Positions 55,712-63,156 of a stretch of 64,000 nucleotides of DNA are shown in pieces. The position numbers were made by a program, and so were the translations under genes. The notes under the pieces are model-generated. The model had not been told where the DNA came from and searched no databases. It was given only the letters and a program-made list of their open reading frames with translations. Every line of letters starts with the position of its first letter. The stretch's first letter is position 1. Location of the stretch: IMG/VR virus record IMGVR_UViG_3300050496_000069, one strand, 5' to 3'. Source of the DNA: a virus.

Positions 55712-56478
55712 CAGACACCGGTGGGCGCCGGAAAGTACTTCGAGAGCTCGACGTACCCGTTGCCTTTTTTGTAGGGGATCGAATCCGGCATGCTGTATCG
55801 ATTTTTCGAATTGAAGCCCGCGCCCTCGACGAGGTGGATCTGACGTTCCTTGCCGCCTTCAGCATGAGCGACCTTCGTCTGGCGTGCGACCTCCTTCTCC
55901 TTGATGGAGATGCGGTAGTTCATGAAGGCGACGATATCCGACTTCTCGCGAACAAGGGCGTTGGCGCGCTTGTGCAGCTTCGGCTGATACCGGCTGTACG
56001 GGTCTGTGACAGGGCTGTCGAACCGGACGATTTCAGGATGGGCCAGCATCACAACGCAAATACCTCGCCGAGTAAGGGCGGAAACTGCCGCCATAAGCTC
56101 GTTCCATTCTGTATCGGTTTCAATGTAGCCACGACCGTAGCCAGGCTCCTCGATCGAGGCGACGCCGATGCGGCGGCAGGTTGCGCCCCATACAAGCGGC
56201 TCGAGGCCATCAAGGCTATCGAGAATAACCGTCTTGCGGTCGTGCTCCTCAGTGAGCAGTTCGCCGAAGACGTCGAGCAGCTCGTCGAAGCTCTCGATGG
56301 TGCCGGGCGTGACGAGTTCAACGTCAGACGGTGTGCGCTCGCCTTCTGTCGGTAGATAGAGCGCGTCAGGGAATTCGGCGGCAAGGCTGGTTTTGCCGAT
56401 ACCGTCGACGCCATAGAGCAAGATGACCGGTGGGTCCGCTCTCTTCGTCGACTTCAGGGACGAAAGTGAAATAGCCAT
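55711..56478 (-). CDS. AAA-family ATPase (Sak4-like recombination NTPase)
   Basis: YGVDGIGKTS, TVILDSLD and VMLAH motifs. Confidence 0.85.
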   Translation of the reverse strand: MAISLSSLKSTKRADPPVILLYGVDGIGKTSLAAEFPDALYLPTEGERTPSDVELVTPGTIESFDELLDVFGELLTEEHDRKTVILDSLDGLEPLVWGATCRRIGVASIEEPGYGRGYIETDTEWNELMAAVSALTRRGICVVMLAHPEIVRFDSPVTDPYSRYQPKLHKRANALVREKSDIVAFMNYRISIKEKEVARQTKVAHAEGGKERQIHLVEGAGFNSKNRYSMPDSIPYKKGNGYVELSKYFPAPTGV

Positions 56479-56567
56479 AAGGCCTCCTCAGTGTGGTGGT
56501 GCAGTGAAAATGATGGCGGCGATGTAGGCGGCGGCTGCAAAGACAATGAGCCACCGCCAATGAGTGA

Positions 56568-56795
56568 TCAGCGCGCGAACAGACGGCAAAACAGCCACCA
56601 GAAGGAGCCAAGCACGACAATCGCAACGACTGCGAACGGAAACAGCGTAATCAGGCCTATGGCCGCTGCTGCTGTAACGGCGGCGATTGCACCGCGCTTC
56701 AGGCCACGACGAACGTATTTGCGCGGCGTTGGCGTGACCGGCACGTGATCGAGCGGTGGTGCGGTGATGGATTCGGTGTACCAGGGGGACGTCAT
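56568..56795 (-). CDS. Small membrane protein
   Basis: Hydrophobic C-terminal half; ATGA coupling. Confidence 0.55.
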   Translation of the reverse strand: MTSPWYTESITAPPLDHVPVTPTPRKYVRRGLKRGAIAAVTAAAAIGLITLFPFAVVAIVVLGSFWWLFCRLFAR

Positions 56796-56995
56796 CAGAA
56801 CGCTCCCAACCAAACACCTACGCCGTGGATGATGCCGACAGGTGCGACGACGCAGCCAAAGGCCAGCAGGATCCACGCACTTGCCTGAATACAGACATAG
56901 ACGTGCGTCACCCAAGCGGCGACCGCGGCGACAACAGCGCTGAGCGGCACGAGCGTGATCAGCGTCGCGCCGAGGATTGCGAAAGCATCCTTCAT
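56795..56995 (-). CDS. Small 2-TM membrane protein
   Basis: 66 aa, RBS GAGGAG. Confidence 0.6.
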   Translation of the reverse strand: MKDAFAILGATLITLVPLSAVVAAVAAWVTHVYVCIQASAWILLAFGCVVAPVGIIHGVGVWLGAF

Positions 56996-57055
56996 AAAGG
57001 TCTCCTCAATGATGTGGTGAAGTGCGGCTGGTTGGTAGCCAGCCGCTAGCGCTGG

Positions 57056-58171
57056 TTAGGCTGCTTGCTCGAAAGCCTCGACAGCCCGCTTTGCTGATAG
57101 AAGGTCAAGACCCGCAACAGCCCGCAATTCCTTGATCGCGTCGATCTTGAGGCCCAGTGCAGCCATATTCTGCCACTTGTGGTCATAGACCGGCGCGGCT
57201 TCTTCATGCGTCGCCGTCAGCGTGAACACGCCGAACTTCTTGCCCTTGTATTTCGCGGCAAGGCGAGTGGCTTCCTTGTGCGCTGCGACTTCGGAGGTAT
57301 GGACATGCGGTGTCGAAGATGGCTTGGGCTGGCCGCTTTCGATCAGGGCGACGATGGCGGTGGTGGTGGGAGTGGTGAGCTCGAAGAACTTGGACAGCCA
57401 GCCGTTCTCGGTCGATCCGCCATCATCGCGCTTGACCTTCACGCTCTCGTATTCGCGCCCAAAGTGATCGGCGGCCACGACATATTCCTTTCCGGCAGTG
57501 AATTGTCCAGGATAGCTCTCAAGGCATTTCACCCGATCGCCAACCTTGAACTTCGGCTTGGCGTTGTCATTGCTGGGCTTCGCCACAGGCTCGTCGATCC
57601 ATTCAGCGATGAGTGGCGGAACGTCATATTCGCTGGTGCCGTCGTCGCGCCAGATGTCGCCGCCTTTAGTGAATACGCTGCTGCCGCCTTGCTGCTCCCA
57701 CGGATGCTCAACTGTCTGCGACCACCGTGACATCGGCCCGACCTTCCGGCCATCGCGGGTCTTGTAGAAGCGACCAGCCTCGATCTTGAGGGTGGCGGGC
57801 TGTTCTGGCGTTGCGGGGGCGAGGATCGGTTCGAGCTCATCAGCGCGCCAAACATAGCCACCCGCGTTGTCTCCACCCCATGTCTGCACACCGTTCCCTA
57901 CCTTGTAGGCCTCTTTGGTCACAGTGAACTCAAGACCAATGGCTGCGGACTTGTGTTGAAGTTCGGCCCGCGCAACCCGCACCCGCTCGCCGACGCGCGG
58001 CTGCCAGGGTTCGAAGCGCTTGGCAAACATCGCGGCGTCACCGCAATATATGAGGTCTTTGCGCACAGCGCTGACTTGGCAAACGTCGTCCTTCTTATAG
58101 TCCATCGGCGCACCGCGATTGTCTATGACGCGAACCCAGTCACCAACCTTAAATCTCTGCTCACCCATCAC
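57056..58171 (-). CDS. Multidomain phage protein: SH3-like repeats and C-terminal ribosomal bL12-like motif
   Basis: FKVGDWV, PRVGERV and FKVGDRV repeats; KIDAIKELRAVAGLDLLSAKRAVE. Confidence 0.6.
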   Translation of the reverse strand: MMGEQRFKVGDWVRVIDNRGAPMDYKKDDVCQVSAVRKDLIYCGDAAMFAKRFEPWQPRVGERVRVARAELQHKSAAIGLEFTVTKEAYKVGNGVQTWGGDNAGGYVWRADELEPILAPATPEQPATLKIEAGRFYKTRDGRKVGPMSRWSQTVEHPWEQQGGSSVFTKGGDIWRDDGTSEYDVPPLIAEWIDEPVAKPSNDNAKPKFKVGDRVKCLESYPGQFTAGKEYVVAADHFGREYESVKVKRDDGGSTENGWLSKFFELTTPTTTAIVALIESGQPKPSSTPHVHTSEVAAHKEATRLAAKYKGKKFGVFTLTATHEEAAPVYDHKWQNMAALGLKIDAIKELRAVAGLDLLSAKRAVEAFEQAA

Positions 58172-58449
58172 GCTGCTCCTTCCGTGTTTGTCTCGGCGGT
58201 CATCGCGCGCCGTTGTGTGAAGTCGACCTTGACGACGTTCGTGTCGTCGTCCTCTTTTGCAGGCGGCTCGCCATCCGGATCGTGCTCGATCTCAAAGCCG
58301 TGCCACCAGATCGTTGTCGCGCCGTCAGCAAGGCGCACCTGATACTCACTGCCCCAGTTGCGGTCGCCGATAACGACGCCGGTAAGATGAGGGTTTTGCC
58401 GGTTGCGGACCGGATCGCCGAAATTGAAGAAATCGCAGTCGCAGGTCAT
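58168..58449 (-). CDS. Phage hypothetical protein
   Basis: FNFGDPV SH3-like start; coupled genes. Confidence 0.6.
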   Translation of the reverse strand: MTCDCDFFNFGDPVRNRQNPHLTGVVIGDRNWGSEYQVRLADGATTIWWHGFEIEHDPDGEPPAKEDDDTNVVKVDFTQRRAMTAETNTEGAA

Positions 58450-58694
58450 TCGAGACCCTCCGGCTTGATCATCCGTGGATATGCGAAAGGATGAGCGCAA
58501 TTGTCGTCAGGGATAATGATTACAAACATATCGTCACCAAGAGTGCTGATACCTGGCATGCCGCCGTTCTCAGCGACGATGTGCTCGCGCTGGATGGTGA
58601 AAACGTCAGCCGTCGGAAAGACCCCGCGGCCTTCGTATTTCCACTTCCCGCTCTCCTTGAAATACAGGTACGTGCAGTCCTCTTGCCGGGTCAT
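58446..58694 (-). CDS. Phage hypothetical protein
   Basis: YFKESGKWKYEG motif; coupled genes. Confidence 0.65.
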   Translation of the reverse strand: MTRQEDCTYLYFKESGKWKYEGRGVFPTADVFTIQREHIVAENGGMPGISTLGDDMFVIIIPDDNCAHPFAYPRMIKPEGLE

Positions 58695-59035
58695 GCCGCC
58701 ACCCCACGCAGAGCATACTCATTGACTGCCTGCCCGGCCTGCAAGTCAGCATCGTCGATGTTGTCGTTCGCAGCGACGCGCGGCAGCGAAACTGGCATGT
58801 GGCCGGATAGCGTAGAGCAACCGCCGTTGTGCGGCGCCAAGTGCGTCACGCGGTCGGGATTGTTGTCGTTGGCCGGGATGAAGGTGCGCTGCTTCTGCAG
58901 GCCGTATGTGCGCCGCAGCCGCTGGTATGCGGCCATTGGCTTGACGTTGTGTCTGGCGGCAATATCTGCGACGCTCTCGCCGTTCTCACGGCGCGCGTGC
59001 ATATCCGCCAGCATAGTGCTGGTGATAAGCGTCAT
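58691..59035 (-). CDS. HTH protein, first gene of the main leftward early operon
   Basis: GESVADIAARHNVKPMAAYQRL. Confidence 0.65.
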   Translation of the reverse strand: MTLITSTMLADMHARRENGESVADIAARHNVKPMAAYQRLRRTYGLQKQRTFIPANDNNPDRVTHLAPHNGGCSTLSGHMPVSLPRVAANDNIDDADLQAGQAVNEYALRGVAA

Positions 59036-59089
59036 GTCGTCTCCTCTGAGTGGTGGTCGCCTTGTGGTTGACAAAGCGACAGGGTTATG

Positions 59090-59119
59090 AAACTAAACTA
59101 TTTTTACAAATTTGTCAAG
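59090..59119 (-). promoter_or_regulatory. Repeated early promoter-operator, copy 3
   Basis: AAACTAAACTATTTTTACAAATTTGTCAAG; divergent from regulator gene 59139. Confidence 0.8.
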
Positions 59120-59138
59120 ATTTCACCAAGGTGGATGG

Positions 59139-59741
59139 ATGCCTGAAGTTAAGTCGCGCCTCCTGCAATCGATACTGAAAGAACAGAAGCGGAGAGCCGT
59201 AAAGGATCGCGCTGTGTACGAAGAGCTAGGCGTGCCTCAGCAGACCTACAGCACCTGGAAGGCTGGCGTCATTCCAAGACCTAGGCAATTCCCGGCGATT
59301 GCCGCCTTCCTGGGTGTCTCCGAAGATGACGTGGCAGAGATGGCTCGCGAGGCGGCAGAAACCGCTCCTTCCATCACGCCTATAACGGTTGCCCGCACCT
59401 ACGGCAAAATCTCCGACCGCAAGGCTGGCAAGTTCAAGTTCGAGCCCATCAACGACGGCCGCAAACGCATTCCCGAAGGCCGTTACGCCATCGTCATCGA
59501 CACGAAGGTGATGGAGCCAGTCTTCCACGTTGGCGTGAAAGCTTGGCTCGACCCTTCCCGCTGGCCCGCCCTTGGTGACGACGTGCTTGCGCATTCGGGT
59601 GGGTTTGCTTGGATCGGGCGATTCGAAGGCATGAGCAACGGCGCTGTTCAACTGGGCCGCTACGATGGTTCGCAGCTTGAGGTGAAAAACGTGGAAGCTG
59701 TTCATGTCATCGTCCTTTCGGAGCGGGTGGTTACGGCGTAG
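59139..59741 (+). CDS. XRE HTH regulator with degenerate S24-like C-terminal domain
   Basis: ELGVPQQTYSTWKAG HTH; YAIVIDTKVMEP where GxSMxP is expected. Confidence 0.7.
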   Translation: MPEVKSRLLQSILKEQKRRAVKDRAVYEELGVPQQTYSTWKAGVIPRPRQFPAIAAFLGVSEDDVAEMAREAAETAPSITPITVARTYGKISDRKAGKFKFEPINDGRKRIPEGRYAIVIDTKVMEPVFHVGVKAWLDPSRWPALGDDVLAHSGGFAWIGRFEGMSNGAVQLGRYDGSQLEVKNVEAVHVIVLSERVVTA

Positions 59742-59785
59742 CGGGTTGGTTGCGTTATAAGGCATTAGGTGAAACCTTATAGCGC

Positions 59786-59819
59786 TTGACAATTCCTACA
59801 AATTTGTGTAGGAATTGTC
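59786..59819 (+). promoter_or_regulatory. 13-bp inverted repeat containing ACAAATTTGT; candidate promoter/operator
   Basis: GACAATTCCTACA-AATTTG-TGTAGGAATTGTC; TTGACA-17 nt-TAGGAA. Confidence 0.6.
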
Positions 59820-60289
59820 TGTCCGATGTGGTGTCGGATATGGAACACGCGCTTTGATCCCGCCTCACGGCGAAGGTCTCCTCGGCGTGTTAGTACGGAG
59901 AAGGGGCGGAGTTACGGGTGGTGCCGGCTCATTACGCCCCTTTTCGTTTTATGCTGCATGCACGACAACGCCGGCAGAGCTTCATGCTCCACCGGCGCTA
60001 AGTTTTCGAAGTCATTATTTGCGGTCTTTCTCATAGTCGTCTCCCCTTCTGGCATTATTGATTTTGTTATCGCCAGTTGGTTTCTGGCGCTTACGGCGGC
60101 CCGGTCACTGGCCGCCATCTTCTTCTGCGCTCGGGCGCCTCATGCACCCATCTTCTTCTCGCGGTCATCGCTTGGGTCGTTGACCGTCTTCTTTCGGAGT
60201 CTTTCATCACGCGCATTTCCCTTTCATTTGCAGTTTCGTCTTTCGGGTCTTTTGCCCTGCCGGCTTCTGTTTGGCCGCTGTTGATTTTG

Positions 60290-60330
60290 GTTCTACCGCT
60301 TTACCGGTTTAGTGTCAACTCTAAACCGGT
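60290..60330 (-). promoter_or_regulatory. Leftward promoter with operator palindrome, divergent from cI-like gene
   Basis: ACCGGTTTAG-N8-CTAAACCGGT; TTGACA (60318-60313)-17 nt-TAGAAC. Confidence 0.7.
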
Positions 60331-60366
60331 TTTATTTTTCGAAATTTTTCCGTTATACCGGTACGC

Positions 60367-61074
60367 ATGGCAAAGCTGAGTGACATCATAAGGTCTAAGC
60401 GCAAGGAAATGGGCTTAACGCAGAAGGCGTTCGGCAACCTTTTTGGTGCGCAGCAGACCACCGTCTCCGATTGGGAGAAGGGTAAAATATCGATGATGCG
60501 CAACTGGCAGAAGCTCGCTGTGTCTCTTGGCCTGCGCGAATCGGAATTTCTCGACCTTATGGCCGAGGCAACGACAGAATCAGAAAAGACAGAGCGGATG
60601 ATCCCTGCTCTGCGTCAGGCAACCGCGCCTCAAATCAGTACTGGTAGCATTATTGCCGCTCCTAAACCGCCGTCCGGGGAGCGTGACGTGCCCGTGCTGG
60701 GCAGGTCAAAAGGAGGGTCAGACGGTGAGTTTGAGTTTAATGGGCAGGTCATGGGCTGGGAGTGGAGGCCGCCACACCTGGCGGGAGTCGTTGAGGCTTA
60801 CGCGACGTATGTCGACGGCGAAAGCATGTACCCGAGGTATAAGCCGGGCGAAACGGTCTGGACAAATCCACCCAAGCCAATAGCGCGTGGCGACGATATC
60901 ATCGTGCAGCTAGCTCCAAATGAAGAGGATGGCGTTCCTCGCGGCTTCATCAAAGAGTTTGTGCGGTGGGAGCCAAGCTTTCTGGTCGTGTGCCAGTTCA
61001 ATCCTCCGATGGAAATCAAATATCCTCGCGATGACGTCGTCTCGATCCACAAAATCGACTACGCACAGAAATAA
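60367..61074 (+). CDS. CI/LexA-type phage repressor (HTH plus S24 peptidase)
   Basis: MGLTQKAFGNLFGAQQTTVSDWE HTH; VDGESMYP Ser and FIK Lys catalytic pair. Confidence 0.9.
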   Translation: MAKLSDIIRSKRKEMGLTQKAFGNLFGAQQTTVSDWEKGKISMMRNWQKLAVSLGLRESEFLDLMAEATTESEKTERMIPALRQATAPQISTGSIIAAPKPPSGERDVPVLGRSKGGSDGEFEFNGQVMGWEWRPPHLAGVVEAYATYVDGESMYPRYKPGETVWTNPPKPIARGDDIIVQLAPNEEDGVPRGFIKEFVRWEPSFLVVCQFNPPMEIKYPRDDVVSIHKIDYAQK

Positions 61075-61093
61075 CGCTTTACCGTTTTAACGG

Positions 61094-61122
61094 TTGACGA
61101 CGCACCGGTATCGTTCTATATC
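61094..61122 (+). promoter_or_regulatory. Rightward promoter with ACCGGT operator driving the xis-int operon
   Basis: TTGAC-N17-CTATAT with ACCGGT in the spacer; coordinates approximate. Confidence 0.6.
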
Positions 61123-61172
61123 TTCTCTTGTACCCAGCAAACCAAGCTGGCCACCACAAGAGGAGATACACC

Positions 61173-61526
61173 ATGTACAGACCACGTCCCGAAGAGTTTG
61201 ACGATATCGCCGTTGCCGCCCAGTCCGACGAGCCAATGAAGCGCCCGGACCACAAGGCCAAGAAGCACGGCAAGCCCAAGACGAAATATGAATACATGCG
61301 CCGCTTCCCCAAGAAGCCGCGCAACGGCGAGGAAGTCGGCGGCGGCCACTTCGTATTCCGCCGTGGCGACAGCACTGGACGCATTCGTCCCTGCATGTGG
61401 CCCTTCGAACACCCCTCCTATGATTCTGCGCTGGTCGAAGCCGCGCGCCTGCACAAAGAGCATGGCGGCATCTTTGAAGTCTTCGTTCGCGTCGGCAGCG
61501 TCGAGGCGCTTGAGGCCGGCGAATGA
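61173..61526 (+). CDS. Phage hypothetical protein
   Basis: Start MYRPRP after CACCACAAGAGGAG. Confidence 0.7.
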   Translation: MYRPRPEEFDDIAVAAQSDEPMKRPDHKAKKHGKPKTKYEYMRRFPKKPRNGEEVGGGHFVFRRGDSTGRIRPCMWPFEHPSYDSALVEAARLHKEHGGIFEVFVRVGSVEALEAGE

Positions 61527-61660
61527 GCGTGGCAGCGGCGCCCGCGCCGACCACCGTTCAGCAGATCATTCTCTCGCATCACGCCGACCTGATGAAGGAC
61601 ATCGCCGGTTTTCTGGCGCTGTCGCTCTTCATCGCGGCTCTGCTCATCTGGGCTTACTGA
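61523..61660 (+). CDS. Small membrane peptide (45 aa)
   Basis: MSVAAAP..IAGFLALSLFIAALLIWAY; ATGA overlap. Confidence 0.5.
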   Translation: MSVAAAPAPTTVQQIILSHHADLMKDIAGFLALSLFIAALLIWAY

Positions 61661-61661
61661 G

Positions 61662-61952
61662 ATGTCGACCGCTGTTAAGCCGCCCTTCATGGGCGAAGCG
61701 ATGCAGGAGTTCGTCTTCTGCATCGAGAAGTACGGCGAATACACTTTCGACAACGACCATCGCGCTCGTCTGATTGCCGAAAGCAAATCATTTGAAGAGT
61801 TGCGCGCCCTTCTCTCAGCTTTCGAAAACCTGGTCGACGGCGAGGCTAAGGAAGAGACGTTGGGCGATCTCGCTCGCCACCTTGGCACTCCAGTACCTCG
61901 GCTAGATCGCATGATGCGCTGGCCGTGGGACGAAGAATTCGAGCCAAACTGA
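61662..61952 (+). CDS. Phage hypothetical protein
   Basis: 96 aa in the rightward operon. Confidence 0.55.
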   Translation: MSTAVKPPFMGEAMQEFVFCIEKYGEYTFDNDHRARLIAESKSFEELRALLSAFENLVDGEAKEETLGDLARHLGTPVPRLDRMMRWPWDEEFEPN

Positions 61953-61990
61953 AACACCACCCACCACCACACCACATCGAGGAGACAATC

Positions 61991-62347
61991 ATGTCCAGAA
62001 GACGCGACACTACCTACACCCCTGCCCCGTATGCCGGCGACGGTCTTGAAGTCGTAGCCAACATTTCATCTGAAACCGCACCGACTACCATTCTCGTGGC
62101 GGTCGCCAAATGGCACGAGCGCAGGAAGGACGGTCGTAATCGCGTCATCGCTTCAAGCTTCGTGCTCTCGTCGCGGCGAATGATAATGGGAGGAGAAGAT
62201 GAGGACGACAGACATATTCGTGGTGGGGATTCACCGAAGGAATCGCCTGATTTCCTCGCAGACAACTGCCCGACTAGCCCACCTGCGGGTCTAAAAACCG
62301 AAGTTTTATTTTGCATAGCACTAAAGGCGCCCCAGCGCCGGGAATGA
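61991..62347 (+). CDS. Phage hypothetical protein
   Basis: Start MSRRRD after a CACCAC-rich leader and GAGGAG. Confidence 0.5.
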   Translation: MSRRRDTTYTPAPYAGDGLEVVANISSETAPTTILVAVAKWHERRKDGRNRVIASSFVLSSRRMIMGGEDEDDRHIRGGDSPKESPDFLADNCPTSPPAGLKTEVLFCIALKAPQRRE

Positions 62348-62684
62348 AGTAGCCAGTCTCTCCAGCTATGCCCAACAATTTCCCTCTGATCACGGTCGTG
62401 GGAGCTCCTCCCTTGCCGCCACCGGACAACTTACGGCCCTTGCGAGTTTCGAAGTGGAGGTAATCTACGACAGCGCCGTGATTTATAAGGACCATTGAAA
62501 TGTAATCATCGGAGTCAATATAGAGGTCTTTAGTCAATGAGCCACCATCTCCACCAAATCCTTGGTCGTTGATGATGATTTTGTCGATAAACGAGCCAAC
62601 CCGCATGGAGAGCTTACTGAAACCAGTTTGCTCGGGGAACGGCGTTCCTTTGTTCTTGCCCAACTCAAAGACATACTCAGCCAT
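62274..62684 (-). CDS. Jacalin-like (beta-prism) lectin-domain protein (moron)
   Basis: GSFIDKI, FGGDGG, VVDYLHFET..GR..GGGKGG and LLGIAG..G pattern; no signal peptide. Confidence 0.65.
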   Translation of the reverse strand: MAEYVFELGKNKGTPFPEQTGFSKLSMRVGSFIDKIIINDQGFGGDGGSLTKDLYIDSDDYISMVLINHGAVVDYLHFETRKGRKLSGGGKGGAPTTVIRGKLLGIAGETGYFIPGAGAPLVLCKIKLRFLDPQVG

Positions 62685-62880
62685 TCGCTTGCTCCCCCAT
62701 TGGAAATGCAAGTGTTGTCCGAATTTCTTTATTCTGTCCAGACCGGAGGTATCAATTGTGTGAGTTTGAAAACATCGCAGTACTACATGGAATTCTTCGG
62801 CTACACCTCTCTGGGCCGTGCGCTTTCGAAAAATGTTCGTCGTCTGTCAGCATTGCATTTGCCGCCAGGGAGAGGCGAAC

Positions 62881-63156
62881 ATGACAGGCACTACGAACGC
62901 GCCATCCAAATCTAAGGCTGCAGCCAATGACAACCCTCCTCGCCTCATCGGCCGCAAGGAGGCTGCAGAATATCTTGGCATAGCCGAGTCCACGTTCTCG
63001 ATGTGGGTGGCCACTCTCAAGATGCCGCAGCCGATCGCCGGCACCAGAAGATGGGACAAAAAGGCGATCGATGCTCGCCTTGACGAACTGAGCGGCTTGT
63101 CAGCCAATGACAACGAAGACCCATATGAGAAATGGATGAGGGAAAATGCGAGTTAA
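62881..63156 (+). CDS. xis: Excisionase / AlpA-like HTH
   Basis: LIGRKEAAEYLGIAESTF..MPQPIAGTRRWDKKAIDARL; overlaps the int start. Confidence 0.8.
   Translation: MTGTTNAPSKSKAAANDNPPRLIGRKEAAEYLGIAESTFSMWVATLKMPQPIAGTRRWDKKAIDARLDELSGLSANDNEDPYEKWMRENAS

Noticed and set aside
60091-60200. Mini-CRISPR array from the AGAAGAAGATGG repeats
   Set aside because: Repeats are 9-12 nt and only two or three copies, with no cas genes; the Cas4-like gene is an ordinary phage exonuclease.
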